Assembly: GCA_963692865.2 (NCBI GenBank)
Contig: OY843592.1
Location: 2,464,001 to 2,528,000 of the forward strand
Length of the DNA: 64,000 bases
Reading direction: 5' to 3'
From: a bacterium
Lineage (GTDB): Bacteria; UBA8248
Numbering within the stretch: the stretch's first letter is position 1; each line of letters starts with the position of its first letter. Below the pieces are notes generated by a model. That model was not told where the DNA came from and made no database searches. It worked only from the letters and a program-made list of their open reading frames with translations. Below, piece after piece: positions 9,425-19,231 of the stretch. The translations under genes and the position numbers were made by a program.

Positions 9425-10429
9425 CTAATTCTTCAGCAATCCCATGCCCTTGAGCAGCTTCTTGTGCTTCACGTCCTCCGAAGCGAAGAACTTGCCCAGA
9501 GGGGCGCCGCTCAGGCAGGCGCGGTTCAGCGCCTTCTTCGAGGTGTAGTCTTTCCACTCCTTGGAGTTGCACAGCTTGTTGAACAAATCGGTGTACCACT
9601 TCACAGCGTCCTTGGAGATGCCGCCGGGCGCGTTGATGCTGCGCTGCATGAAATACACGAGTTGCGGCTGGCCCAACTCCTTGAACGTGGGGACTTCCTT
9701 GAAAGCGGGAATACGCTCGGGCGTCAACGCGGCTATCGGCTTCATCTTGCCGGGATAGTGCGGCAGCCCCTCGGAGGGGTTGTTCACCGTCGAGTCGACG
9801 TGTCCGCCTGCGAGGTTTTTCGCCACGGTGCCGCCGCCCCGGAAAGGTACGTAGGTGATCATGCCTTTCAGGCCATAGGCCTGCATGAGCATGTTCGTGA
9901 CGAGCTGGTCCTCCTGCATTTTGCCCGTGCCGCCCATGGTCCATTTCCCTTTCTTGGCTTTCACGGCCTTCACGAAATCATCGATGTTCTTGATCCCCGA
10001 CTTCGTATTGACCCAAAGGAGGAACGTGTCCATGGCCAGCCGGTATACCGGCGTGAGCTTCGTGTAGTTTACCGGCAGCTTCCGCAGGGCGGGGGTGGTG
10101 AAGAAGCTGTTCAGCGTCACGAGGATGACGTGCGGGTTCCCTTTCTTCGAGAGCAGGTAGAGCATCGCCTCGGCGCCGGAGCCGCCTTTCTTGTTGATCG
10201 GAACCAGCGGCTGCGGCGACCATTTGTTCTGGGTGACGATTTTCTGCATGAGACGGGCGATGCGGTCCGCGCCGCCTCCTTTGCCCGCCATGATGATGAA
10301 CTCAATCGGCCGCGTCGGCTTCCATGCAGCAAGAGCCTGCGTGGTCCCCAGCGCAACGACGATGAACAGACTCAGCGCAAGGGTGAGGAACGGAATAGCG
10401 CGTCTCGAACCTTTCAGCGATTTCATCAT
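9425..10429 (-). CDS. tctC: Tripartite tricarboxylate transporter substrate-binding protein (TctC/Bug)
   Basis: Signal peptide, then WKPTRPIEFII..GGGAD, NKKGGSG and YVPFRGGG motifs. Start set at ATG 10429 after AGGAGG. Confidence 0.92.
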   Translation of the reverse strand: MMKSLKGSRRAIPFLTLALSLFIVVALGTTQALAAWKPTRPIEFIIMAGKGGGADRIARLMQKIVTQNKWSPQPLVPINKKGGSGAEAMLYLLSKKGNPHVILVTLNSFFTTPALRKLPVNYTKLTPVYRLAMDTFLLWVNTKSGIKNIDDFVKAVKAKKGKWTMGGTGKMQEDQLVTNMLMQAYGLKGMITYVPFRGGGTVAKNLAGGHVDSTVNNPSEGLPHYPGKMKPIAALTPERIPAFKEVPTFKELGQPQLVYFMQRSINAPGGISKDAVKWYTDLFNKLCNSKEWKDYTSKKALNRACLSGAPLGKFFASEDVKHKKLLKGMGLLKN

Positions 10430-10691
10430 ATTCCCTCCTTTTATGCTGCGGAATGAAGTGCCTGCAACAGCGAAAATGATACCGCGATAGAATTTTGTTT
10501 GAAGATGACGAATTCCCCCCACTCTCGTCAAAGCTGGAACTTCTCGAAAAGCAATCGTTCTGTAAGGCTATGGTTCCCTGAAGTTTACCATGAAGCAACG
10601 CGCTTCTCAACGAGGCGATTTTCACGGGCGGGGCGCAGGTGGGGTTAATCGTATTATTCGCGCCGCATGCAGCAGGAAAAGCGGGAGTTAT

Positions 10692-10883
10692 TTATCCCCT
10701 GGTTCTTTTGATGAGTTCCCTGAGCGCAGCCATGGATTCCTCATGCTTGCGCTCTGAATCTTTCGTCCGTATCTCGAAATTCCTGTCCATGACTCGGATG
10801 CCGTAGAAAATTAGAAACGTCTGGGTTGCGCTAATAATGAGACCAAGCAATTGCGTAATACTGATTGCTTCATAAGATACCAT
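10692..10883 (-). CDS. Small membrane-anchored coiled-coil protein
   Basis: 63 aa with an N-terminal hydrophobic helix and tail DSERKHEESMAALRELIKRTRG. Similar to the ORF at 62387-62685. Confidence 0.65.
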   Translation of the reverse strand: MVSYEAISITQLLGLIISATQTFLIFYGIRVMDRNFEIRTKDSERKHEESMAALRELIKRTRG

Positions 10884-11004
10884 TCCCCTTGCTCTCTTAA
10901 GGTTGGTGATGCGCCAAAATGAGTCGATTGCATTTAGTCGTCAAAAATTTCACATTATCCGCTTCGTCAAATAAAACATGTCATTATCCCAAAAGGATTG
11001 TCCC

Positions 11005-11448
11005 CTAGATTTCCTCGATATCATCTCTCGATTCGAATTCGCGGACGGCGCGGCGGATGTAGGGAGGCACGCGGACGGGTTTTTGCGAATCCTTATCGAT
11101 GATGACGTAGGCCGTCTGCGCCCTGGCGACGAAGCGCTCCGTTTCGGCCTCGTAGATCTCATAGTCCATCTTGATGCTGGAGTTCCCGATTTCGTAAATG
11201 CGCGCGTAGACTTCCAGTACCTCGTCGAAATGGGCGGGCGCCAGGAATTGAACCGAGGCGTCGACGATGACGATGTCATATCCCCTCTCAAGCATGTCGA
11301 AGTACGGAACGCCGATGTCGCGCAGGTAGTCCATCTGCGCGGTATCGACGTAGAGGAGATAGTTGGCGTTGAACACCACGCCCTGAAGGTCGGTCTCGCC
11401 GAAGCGCACGCGCATTTCACTCTTGTAGCTGTACTGGTCTTTGGGCAT
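11005..11448 (-). CDS. Acyl-CoA thioesterase (YbgC/4HBT hotdog family)
   Basis: RVRFGETDLQGVVFNANYL motif. Confidence 0.92.
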   Translation of the reverse strand: MPKDQYSYKSEMRVRFGETDLQGVVFNANYLLYVDTAQMDYLRDIGVPYFDMLERGYDIVIVDASVQFLAPAHFDEVLEVYARIYEIGNSSIKMDYEIYEAETERFVARAQTAYVIIDKDSQKPVRVPPYIRRAVREFESRDDIEEI

Positions 11449-11496
11449 AGGGCATTTCTAATGAAAACGCCTGAAATTCGCAAACCCGCGCAATCT

Positions 11497-11931
11497 GGGG
11501 TTGTAGAAAAACCCCTCTCCGCCTCATCCTGAGTAGCGGCGGCCGGGTAAGACGAGAGTTTGAGGGTCTTGACGTCATTCCGGTGTCGGAGACGACCGAG
11601 GAGGGAGGGTTCGACGGAATCCATTTGTTTTGCCTTCGTTCTTTATTTTCTGATTGGTTCCCGTCAATAACGAGGAGATAAAAAGCCGACTTGTTATCAT
11701 TCTGCTTGAAAATGGATTCCGGCTTTCGCCGGAATGACGGCGGTGGTCAATTCCGAGCGAGGAGGGCTTTTCAACAACCCTTTCGCAGTCGCGTTTGACC
11801 TTCGGCGGCTACTCAGGGTGAGGAGAGAAGCATTAGCAGGTTTGCGGGAGTCGAACCCGATTGAGGAATGAGGGTTCGACGCGACCGGGGAGGGAGCTTC
11901 GCTGCTTTTGACGGGACTTTTTCAACAACCC
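11497..11931. repeat. Composite MITE/REPIN-like element
   Basis: GGGGTTGTAGAAAAA ... TTTTTCAACAACCC ends enclosing a GTCATTCCGG...GGAATCC / GGATTCCGG...GGAATGAC inverted pair and CCTGAGTAGC / GCTACTCAGG modules. Confidence 0.75.
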
Positions 11932-12032
11932 ATATCTGCGCGAGCGGCTCCCGGCTTGTTCCCTCATCGGCGTCGGTTATAATAGCGGCGCCCGGAATGG
12001 CGAACGCCAGCTTCAAGTGCATGGAGTCGTTG

Positions 12033-13301
12033 ATGATCAGCGTGGAAGAAGCCCAGAACTCGATACTGGAAATGATCCGCCCGATGGGGCGCGAGCGGGT
12101 GGGCCTGCTCGATTGTCCGGGCAGGGTGCTCGCCGAGGACGTCCAGTCCCCGCGGCCCGTTCCGCCCTGGAACAACTCGGCGATGGACGGCTACGCCCTG
12201 CGCGCGGAAGACGTGGCGGGCGCGAGCCGCGAAACGCCGAAGACGCTGAGAGTGGTCGAGGAGATTCAGGCGGGCGTCGTGGCGAAGCGTGCGCTCGGCC
12301 CGGGCGAGGCGATCAAGATCATGACGGGCGCGCCCATCCCCGATGGCGCGAACGCCGTCGTGCTGGTCGAGGAGACGGAACGAATCTCTGACGACGAGGT
12401 GCGCATTTTCCTCGCCGTGCGCGAGGGAGAGGCCGTCCGGCTCGCCGGGGAAGACGTGAAGCCGGGCGAGACGGTTCTCTCGCGCGGAACGCTCCTGGGC
12501 GCGGCTTCGGCGGGCATGCTGGCGAACGTCGGCCGGGCGCGGGTGTACACCTACCAAAAACCAAAGGTGGCCATCCTCGCGACCGGAGAGGAACTCGTCG
12601 ATCTGGGCGATGCTCCCGGCGTCGGACAGATATTCAACTCCAACTCCTACGCCCTGGCCGCGCAGGTGGTGGAAGCGGGCGGCGAGCCGGTTCTCCTTGG
12701 CATCGCCCGCGACGACGCGGAGGATTTGAGCCGCCACATATACGACGGCCTCGCCGCCGACCTTCTCATCACGAGCGGCGGCGTCTCGGTGGGGGACTTC
12801 GATCTCGTGAAAACGACGCTCGGCGGGCTGGGGAACGACATGCGCTTCTGGCGGGTGCGCATGAAGCCGGGCAAGCCGATGGCGTTCGGCGTGCTGAACA
12901 ACAAACCCGTGTTCGGCCTGCCGGGGAACCCCGTCTCCACGATGGTGAGCTTCGAGCTCTTCGTGCGGCCGGCGCTGCTCAAGATGCAGGGTCACGAGCA
13001 CCTCTTCCGCGCGAGCGTGGAGGCGCGCCTGCTTCATCCGCTAACGAAATCGCCCGAGCGCCGCCACTACGTCCGCTCGGTCGCCTACCGCGACGGGGAG
13101 GGGTGGGCCGTCCGGGCGATAGAGGCGCAAGGCTCCAACATCCTGCATTCCATGGTGCGCGCGAACGCCCTTGTCGTATTCCCGGAACACGAGACCGAAC
13201 TCGCCGCCGGCAGCCGCGTGCAGGTCGTCCTGCTGGGGGGGATGCCCGCCGAGAAACCCGAACACGTCGAGGCGGCCTCTCTCGAAGGCGTGCACTCCTG
13301 A
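12033..13301 (+). CDS. moeA: Molybdopterin molybdotransferase (gephyrin-like MoeA)
   Basis: GRVLAED, NSAMDGYA, IMTGAPIP, SGGVSVGDFD, MKPGKP and GLPGNPVS motifs. Start at ATG after GGAG. Confidence 0.96.
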   Translation: MISVEEAQNSILEMIRPMGRERVGLLDCPGRVLAEDVQSPRPVPPWNNSAMDGYALRAEDVAGASRETPKTLRVVEEIQAGVVAKRALGPGEAIKIMTGAPIPDGANAVVLVEETERISDDEVRIFLAVREGEAVRLAGEDVKPGETVLSRGTLLGAASAGMLANVGRARVYTYQKPKVAILATGEELVDLGDAPGVGQIFNSNSYALAAQVVEAGGEPVLLGIARDDAEDLSRHIYDGLAADLLITSGGVSVGDFDLVKTTLGGLGNDMRFWRVRMKPGKPMAFGVLNNKPVFGLPGNPVSTMVSFELFVRPALLKMQGHEHLFRASVEARLLHPLTKSPERRHYVRSVAYRDGEGWAVRAIEAQGSNILHSMVRANALVVFPEHETELAAGSRVQVVLLGGMPAEKPEHVEAASLEGVHS

Positions 13302-13344
13302 ACAGACTGTTTTCAGATTGCCGACTCCCTTGGGAGCGCCCTGC

Positions 13345-13968
13345 ATGAACTCTTTGGCAACGCCCAGGCTGCCTTATTCCGCCGCCATCCTGGCCGGCGG
13401 CCGAAGCCGCCGGATGGGGCGCGACAAATCCATACTGGAGATAGGCGGGGTCCCCCTCATCCGGCGCATCGCGGACGGACTGGAGGAGATTTTTTCGCGA
13501 GTGTTCGTCGTGGCGAACGAACGGGAGCGATTCGAGCAGATGGGCCTCGACGTGGTGGGGGACATTCATCCGGGCAACGACTCGCTGGGCGGCCTCCACG
13601 CCGCCGTGGCGAGTGCAGAAAGCCCGCACGTTTTCGTGGCGGGGTGCGACATGCCGCTGCTCAGACCCGCGCTCATACGCGGCCTCGCCTCCCTGGTGGA
13701 AGGGTGGGACGTGGTGATTCCCGTCAAGGACGACTACCCCGAGCCGCTTTGCGCGTTCTACGGAGAAAAATGCGCGCCCCATATCGAGGAATCCATTTCG
13801 AGAGGGCGTCTCAAGATGATAGGGTTTCACGAGCACGCGCGCGTGAGGCGGGTGGAGGAGGCGGCCTGGAGAGAATGGGATCCCGAAGGGGCGTCTTTCC
13901 TGAACGCCAACACGCCGGAGGAATTCGAAACAATCAAATCCGTATTCATGAGGGGAGAGCCGAAATGA
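13345..13968 (+). CDS. mobA: Molybdenum cofactor guanylyltransferase
   Basis: ILAGGRSRRMGRDK, GCDMP, EPLCAFY and FLNANTPEE motifs. Confidence 0.94.
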   Translation: MNSLATPRLPYSAAILAGGRSRRMGRDKSILEIGGVPLIRRIADGLEEIFSRVFVVANERERFEQMGLDVVGDIHPGNDSLGGLHAAVASAESPHVFVAGCDMPLLRPALIRGLASLVEGWDVVIPVKDDYPEPLCAFYGEKCAPHIEESISRGRLKMIGFHEHARVRRVEEAAWREWDPEGASFLNANTPEEFETIKSVFMRGEPK

Positions 13969-14423
13969 GCGTCGCCGATCGCATGAACGAACTGGGCATC
14001 GAACTGCCCCCCGCGCCCGCCCCCGTCGGGGCGTACGTTCCATACGTCGTCTCGGGGTCGTTGATGTTCATCTCGGGCCAGATTCCGATCAGGGACGGCG
14101 CGCTGATTCACGAGGGGAAAGTGCCGGGCGAGGTCTCCATCGAGCAGGGACAGGAATGCGCAGCGCTTTGCTTCCTGAACGCCGTCGCGCAGGCGAAAGC
14201 GGCCCTGGGCGACTTGGAGCGCGTGGAGAGAATCGTCCGCATGAGCGGGTTCGTGGCCGTTTCCGAGGACTTCACCGCGCAGCCGCTCGTCGTGAACGGG
14301 GCGTCCGACCTGGCCGTCGAGATTTTCGGCGAGAAGGGCAGGCATTCGAGAGTGGCGGTGGGCGTGGCGGAGCTTCCCCTGGGGGCGCCCGTGGAGCTCG
14401 ATGTGATACTTGAGGTGAAATGA
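13965..14423 (+). CDS. RidA/YjgF family protein
   Basis: PVGAYVP, ISGQIP, VNGASDL, GRHSRVAVG and LPLGAPVELD motifs. ATGA overlap with mobA. Confidence 0.92.
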   Translation: MSVADRMNELGIELPPAPAPVGAYVPYVVSGSLMFISGQIPIRDGALIHEGKVPGEVSIEQGQECAALCFLNAVAQAKAALGDLERVERIVRMSGFVAVSEDFTAQPLVVNGASDLAVEIFGEKGRHSRVAVGVAELPLGAPVELDVILEVK

Positions 14424-14516
14424 CCTATGTATTGTTTATATGGAATTTGTCGCTAATGTAAGTTGGGTTCCGAGTTCTGGATTCGAAAGGGAACGAAGTG
14501 CTCACTTTTTCCTGGA

Positions 14517-14775
14517 GGGGGTTGTTGGAAAAGTCCCCTTGCCGGGGGGCGGCCTTTTGCTTTTGATCTTCATTCCGGCGAAAGCCGGAATCCATTTGCG
14601 GATGCGGTTGAATAAACGGCGGCGTTTCATTCCGCGCCGAGGCGCGGGGAACCTGACGAGACGAAAGGCAAAAGGCGTAAAAATGGATTCCGGCTTTCGC
14701 CGGAATGACGGCAGTGGTGAATTCCGACTAATGAAGGAGGAATTCTTCCGAGCGAGAAGGGCTTTTTCAACAACC
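14517..14775. repeat. MITE/REPIN-like element
   Basis: GGGGTTGTTGGAAAA ... TTTTTCAACAACC ends around inverted copies of CATTCCGGCGAAAGCCGGAATCC. Confidence 0.8.
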
Positions 14776-14875
14776 TTTCATCAGTCAGAGTTGACCCCCG
14801 CTCTTCCAAAGACCCATCATCGCTGTATAATCCTTGCGGACCGAGCCGTTGGCGCAACAACAGATTGAGGGTTCG

Positions 14876-16297
14876 ATGATTTACCGGTTCATGGCGTCGA
14901 TGCTTTTGATGTCGTTCATGGTTTCCGTCGCGCCCGCGCAGGCGAACCCGGACATCGATTTGATGAAAAGAATCGAGCGGGCGTTCACGCGGATAGCCGA
15001 AGGCGTGAAGCCGACGGTCGTGAGCATACGGGCGGAGAGAATCAGGGGAGCGACGCAACAGGCGCCCCGGTCGCCCCATCCGAACATACCGATGTTCTCG
15101 TCCGGTTCCGGCGTCATCATCGACGCGCAAGGCTACATTCTCACGAACAACCACGTGGTCAGCAACACGAGGCGCCTGCGCGTGCGCCTTTGGGACGAGT
15201 CCGCGCACTGGGCGAAAGTCGTCGGCACGGACAGGTATACCGATCTCGCGCTCGTCAAAATCGACGCGAAACGCCCCCTGCCCATGGCGACTCTGGGAGA
15301 TTCCGACAAGGTGAAGGTGGGGCAGTGGTCGATAGCGGTGGGCGATCCGTTCGGCATCACGAGGACGTTCACGGTGGGCGTCGTGAGCGGCATCGGGCGC
15401 AGCGGCGTCGGCGTCGCGCGCTACGAGCATTTCATCCAGACGGACGCCGCCATCAACCGGGGCAACAGCGGCGGCCCCCTCGTGAACATCGACGGCGAGG
15501 TCATCGGGATCAACACGGCGATTCCGGCCCCCGGCAGCGGCATCGGGTTCGCCATCCCCGTCAACATGGCGAAAGACGTCGTCAAATACCTGAGAAGAAG
15601 CGGAAATTTCCCGCGCGGCTATCTGGGCGTGACCATCCAGCCGGTGAGCCAGGACATGGCCTATCTGCTGGGGCTCCCGAAGGCGAGGGGCGCGCTCGTG
15701 GGTTCGCTGCTCAAGGACGGGCCGGCGGAGGGAGCGGGCATCCGTATGGGGGACGTCATCGTCCGCCTCGGCGGCGCGAGCGTCGTGGATACGGCCCATC
15801 TTCAGCGGCTCGTGGGCTGGACGCCGCCGGGAGAAGCCGTGGCCGTGGAGGTGATGCGCGACGCCGAGAGAAAAAAGTTCATGGTCAAACTGGTCCGCCT
15901 GCCCGGGCAGGAAACCGCAGATGCGAAGGCGAAGCCGAGCGAGATCGACGAACCCGAGAACAGGAAAAGCTACGGGGTGGCGCTGGAAAACCTGACCGAT
16001 GAGTTGAAGGACAAAAGCAAGCTGGAGACGGACGGCGGCGTTTATATCAGCGACGTGGAAGAGGGCAGCAGGGCGTATTACGACGGCTTGCGCGAGGGCA
16101 TGGTGATACGCGGACTGACCTACCGCCTGCCCGGAAACGGGAAAACGCCCATCCGCGTCTCGATTCAAAAACTCGAAGACGTCGAAGCGTTGCTGAAAAA
16201 AATTCCCGCGGGCGCGAACGTCCTGGGGCAGGTCGTGAGCGGGACGGACCGCGGGGAGCGGACGTTCTTTACCGTTCTCCACGGGTTTCGACGTTGA
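14876..16297 (+). CDS. HtrA/DegP/DegQ family periplasmic serine protease with two PDZ domains
   Basis: Signal peptide; GSGVII..GYILTNNHVV, TDLAL and QTDAAINRGNSGGPL motifs; PDZ domain starting RGYLGV. Confidence 0.95.
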   Translation: MIYRFMASMLLMSFMVSVAPAQANPDIDLMKRIERAFTRIAEGVKPTVVSIRAERIRGATQQAPRSPHPNIPMFSSGSGVIIDAQGYILTNNHVVSNTRRLRVRLWDESAHWAKVVGTDRYTDLALVKIDAKRPLPMATLGDSDKVKVGQWSIAVGDPFGITRTFTVGVVSGIGRSGVGVARYEHFIQTDAAINRGNSGGPLVNIDGEVIGINTAIPAPGSGIGFAIPVNMAKDVVKYLRRSGNFPRGYLGVTIQPVSQDMAYLLGLPKARGALVGSLLKDGPAEGAGIRMGDVIVRLGGASVVDTAHLQRLVGWTPPGEAVAVEVMRDAERKKFMVKLVRLPGQETADAKAKPSEIDEPENRKSYGVALENLTDELKDKSKLETDGGVYISDVEEGSRAYYDGLREGMVIRGLTYRLPGNGKTPIRVSIQKLEDVEALLKKIPAGANVLGQVVSGTDRGERTFFTVLHGFRR

Positions 16298-16334
16298 TTC
16301 CGATGGATATTGGCCGCCGGAGGAGAGCGCTTTC

Positions 16335-17417
16335 ATGCCGCGGATGAGAAGCATTCTTGTGGCCTTGCTGGTCTTTGCCTTTCCGGTTTTTGCGGGCGCG
16401 GGTCCCGAAACCGAGATCCGCACGCTGCTGCCCAAAGACGCCATTCCCGCCATCGACGATCCGAAATTCGCGTCCGCCGGGGATGCGGACGCTTTCATGC
16501 AGCCCGACGAGATGGTCATCGGGCTCAACATCAGGGGAGACAAGCGGGCCTATTCCGTCCCCCTGCTCAGTTCGCACGAGATCGTGAACGACGTGGTGGG
16601 GGGGAGCGCCGTCTCCGTCACATGGTGACCGCTCTGCTATACGGCCATCGTGTATGACCGCAACCTGGGGGATAAGAAGCTCAGCTTCGGCGTTTCGGGG
16701 AAACTCTGGAAGAACGTGCTCATCATGTACGACCGCCAGACGGATACGCTCTGGAGCCACCTGACGGGGGAGGGCCTCATCGGCCCCTTGAAGGGCAAGC
16801 GCCTGGGGACGTTCCCCGCCGCCATGATGCGCTATTCCGAATGGAAGCAGCTCTATCCCGACACCCTGGTGCTGAAAAAGAAGCTGAAAGGGATGGGGGG
16901 CATGTTCCGAAGCCCCTCGCGGGATCCGTATGAGGGCTATTACTACAGTTCCCAAACCGGCGTGATCCCCGAAAAATACCGCGACAACCGCCTGCACCCC
17001 AAAACCCTGCTGGTCGCCCTTGCGCTCGATTCCCCGAAAGAGAAGGGGAAGCAGGTCGCCAAGGTCTACCCGTTCGCCGACTTGAACCGCGCGGGCGTCG
17101 TGAACGACCGCTTCGCCGGGCGCGACGTTCTGGTCACTTACTGCGAGGGCGCGGGAACGGGCGTCGTCTTCGACCGCGTCCTGAAGGGCGAGACGCTGGA
17201 GTTCGAACTCGTAACGAGCGAGGGCGCAAAGGGCGCCGCCGCCTGCCGCTTCATGAAGGACAGGAAAACCGGTTCGCGCTGGCAGCGCCTGACCGGCCTC
17301 GCCGTGGGCGGGCCGATGAAGGGCGCCAGACTGAGCCAGCTTTCCACCACGCTCGCGTTCTGGTTCGGCTGGAAGGATTACTTTCCCGAAAGCCGGGTCT
17401 ACCGCCACAAGAAATAA
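16335..17417 (+). CDS. DUF3179 domain exported protein, probable selenoprotein (in-frame UGA at 16626-16628)
   Basis: ORFs 16335-16628 and 16650-17417 are in the same frame, joined as VSVTW-UGA-PLCYTAIVYDR at the position of the family CPLC motif. DAIPAIDDP, HEIVND, FGVSG, MYDRQT and FWFGW motifs are present. Confidence 0.85.
16629..16654 (+). other. Candidate bacterial SECIS element
   Basis: Stem TATACG/CGTGTA (16638-16643 / 16649-16654, one G-U pair). G-first loop GCCAT begins about 16 nt after the UGA. Confidence 0.55.
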
Positions 17418-17430
17418 CCGCACTGCTTGA

Positions 17431-18090
17431 GGGGTTGTTGAAAAAGTTCCCTGGCAAATCAGAGTTCGACGCGCCCTACGAGAAGCAAGAGAAACACTCC
17501 CCCCTTGGGGTCTGTTGAAAAAGTCTCAATGAATGAATAAGGTCGAACCCGACCGGGGAGGAGTTGTTGACCCCCAATCGAGAGTGTTCACCGTCATTCC
17601 GGCGAAAGCCGGAATCCATTTTTACGCCTTTTGCCTTTCGTCAGGGTTCCTGCGCATCGGCGGGGAATGGAATGCCGTCGTTCATTCACCCGCATCCGCA
17701 AATGGATTCCGGCTTTCGCCGGAATGACGGCAAAGGCCAATTTCGAGCGAGGAGGGGTTTTTCAACAACCCCCCTTGAGGGGGAGTCAGTGAGCTGAGGG
17801 CGTAAGCCCGAAAGCGAACTGGTGGGGGGAGCTTTTGACTTTGTTAAAATTGTCCCCCCACCGAATCGGCCTTCGTCCAAAGGACTCGGCCTCTTCGTCG
17901 GGCATTCCCCTCGGGATGCCCGACCCTCAAGGGGGGAGTCAAGTTCCTCTTTCGTTGATTGTGCTTTATCCTCAAGGGGGAAGCGGTTGCTTGGCGTTCT
18001 GCAAGGGAGGAGTGTTGTCTCCTCACTCTTTGGTCGCCTAAATTCCCTGAATCACGAAATCAGGGATTTTCACAACGCCCTTGAGGAGGG
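17431..18090. repeat. Composite MITE/REPIN-like cluster
   Basis: GGGGTTGTTGAAAAA ends, a GTCATTCCGGCGAAAGCCGGAATCC inverted pair and a CCCCCTTGAGGGGGAG...CCCTCAAGGGGGGAG module. Confidence 0.75.
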
Positions 18091-18160
18091 AGCGGACACG
18101 TTCTCTCCGGCCAGGGAAAATCCCTGGCGCATCACCGCCGCCTGGTGAGGAGTCGGAAAC

Positions 18161-18937
18161 TTGAGCCCCGTCATATTTGAAATCGGGCCCTTCGCGCTGC
18201 GCTGGTACGGACTCATGTACGTCGCCGCCGTGCTGGCCGGCGTATGGCTGGTGAGGCGGGAAGTCGAGCGCAAGGGGATGCCCATCACACCCGATGAGGT
18301 GATGAGCTTCGGCCTCCTCGTCATGTTCGCAGGGATAGTCGGCGGGAGGATCTATTACGTCCTGTTCAACTGGGAATTCTACCGGGGCGCCATGTGGGAG
18401 GTCTTCGCCATCTGGCAGGGGGGCCTCGCCATACACGGGGGCCTCATCGGAGGCGTTCTGGCCGGGTATCTCTACCTCAGAAACCACGCCGTCTCCACCT
18501 GGGAGTTCGCCGACGCGGCGGCGCCCGCCGTCATGCTCGGCCAGGCGTTCGGGCGTTTCGGCAACTTCATGAACGGAGACGCGCACGGCGTGCCCACGGC
18601 GATGCCCTGGGGCGCCGAGTTTCCCATGACCTCCATCGCGGGCCGGGAGTTTCCCGGCCAGGCGACGCACCCCGTGATGATTTACGAGCTTCTCCTGAAC
18701 CTCGCCTGGTTCTTCGTCCTGAGGCGCTTGAGGCTCACGAACCACAAGCCGGGCTTCGTCTTCTGCCTCTACTTCGTTCTCTATTCCCTGGGCCGCGCCG
18801 CCGTGAGCGGTTTCCGCGCGGACAGCCTCTGGTTCGGTCCCGTCCGCGCCGCCTACCTCGCCAGCGCGCTCCTCATCGTCGCCTTCGGGGCGATCATCGT
18901 GCGGTGGCGGATGTGGGAGCGGGAGGGGAGCGATTAG
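18161..18937 (+). CDS. lgt: Prolipoprotein diacylglyceryl transferase
   Basis: RWYGLMY, GGRIYYV, GGLAIHGG, GRFGNFMNGD and HPVMIYE motifs. Confidence 0.96.
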   Translation: MSPVIFEIGPFALRWYGLMYVAAVLAGVWLVRREVERKGMPITPDEVMSFGLLVMFAGIVGGRIYYVLFNWEFYRGAMWEVFAIWQGGLAIHGGLIGGVLAGYLYLRNHAVSTWEFADAAAPAVMLGQAFGRFGNFMNGDAHGVPTAMPWGAEFPMTSIAGREFPGQATHPVMIYELLLNLAWFFVLRRLRLTNHKPGFVFCLYFVLYSLGRAAVSGFRADSLWFGPVRAAYLASALLIVAFGAIIVRWRMWEREGSD

Positions 18938-19033
18938 AGTGGTTCAGCAGGGAACAACCCCCTTGGTTGCCTGAAGTCGCGGCCTTGACGCATTCACAAA
19001 ATCAGCCCACTGCGAAACAGCGCGGGATTGTTC

Positions 19034-19216
19034 GTCATTCCGGCGAAAGCCGGAATCCATCTGTCTTGCTTTTGCTTTTATTTTCAGATTGCCTCCCGCC
19101 AATGACGCAGGGATGAAAAGCCGGCGCATTGCCATTCTGATTGAGAATGGACTCCGGCTTTCGCCGGAATGACGGCAGCGGTCAACTCCAGGCGAGGAGG
19201 GGGTTCTCGACAACCC
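19034..19216. repeat. REPIN-like element between convergent genes
   Basis: Inverted pair GTCATTCCGGCGAAAGCCGGAATCC / GGACTCCGGCTTTCGCCGGAATGAC, ending in TTCTCGACAACCCC. Confidence 0.8.
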
Positions 19217-19231
19217 CTTGATTGCGCCTGA

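Noticed and set aside
14440-14868. ORFs reading through repeat elements (VIPAKAGI / MDSGFRRND peptides; also at 17.5, 19.0, 29.7 and 62.8 kb)
   Set aside because: Translations of the REP hairpin, a common source of spurious hypothetical proteins.
16626-16628. DUF3179 gene as a nonsense pseudogene
   Set aside because: The stop is specifically TGA at the conserved Cys column, both halves are intact and a SECIS-like hairpin follows. Selenocysteine is the more economical reading.
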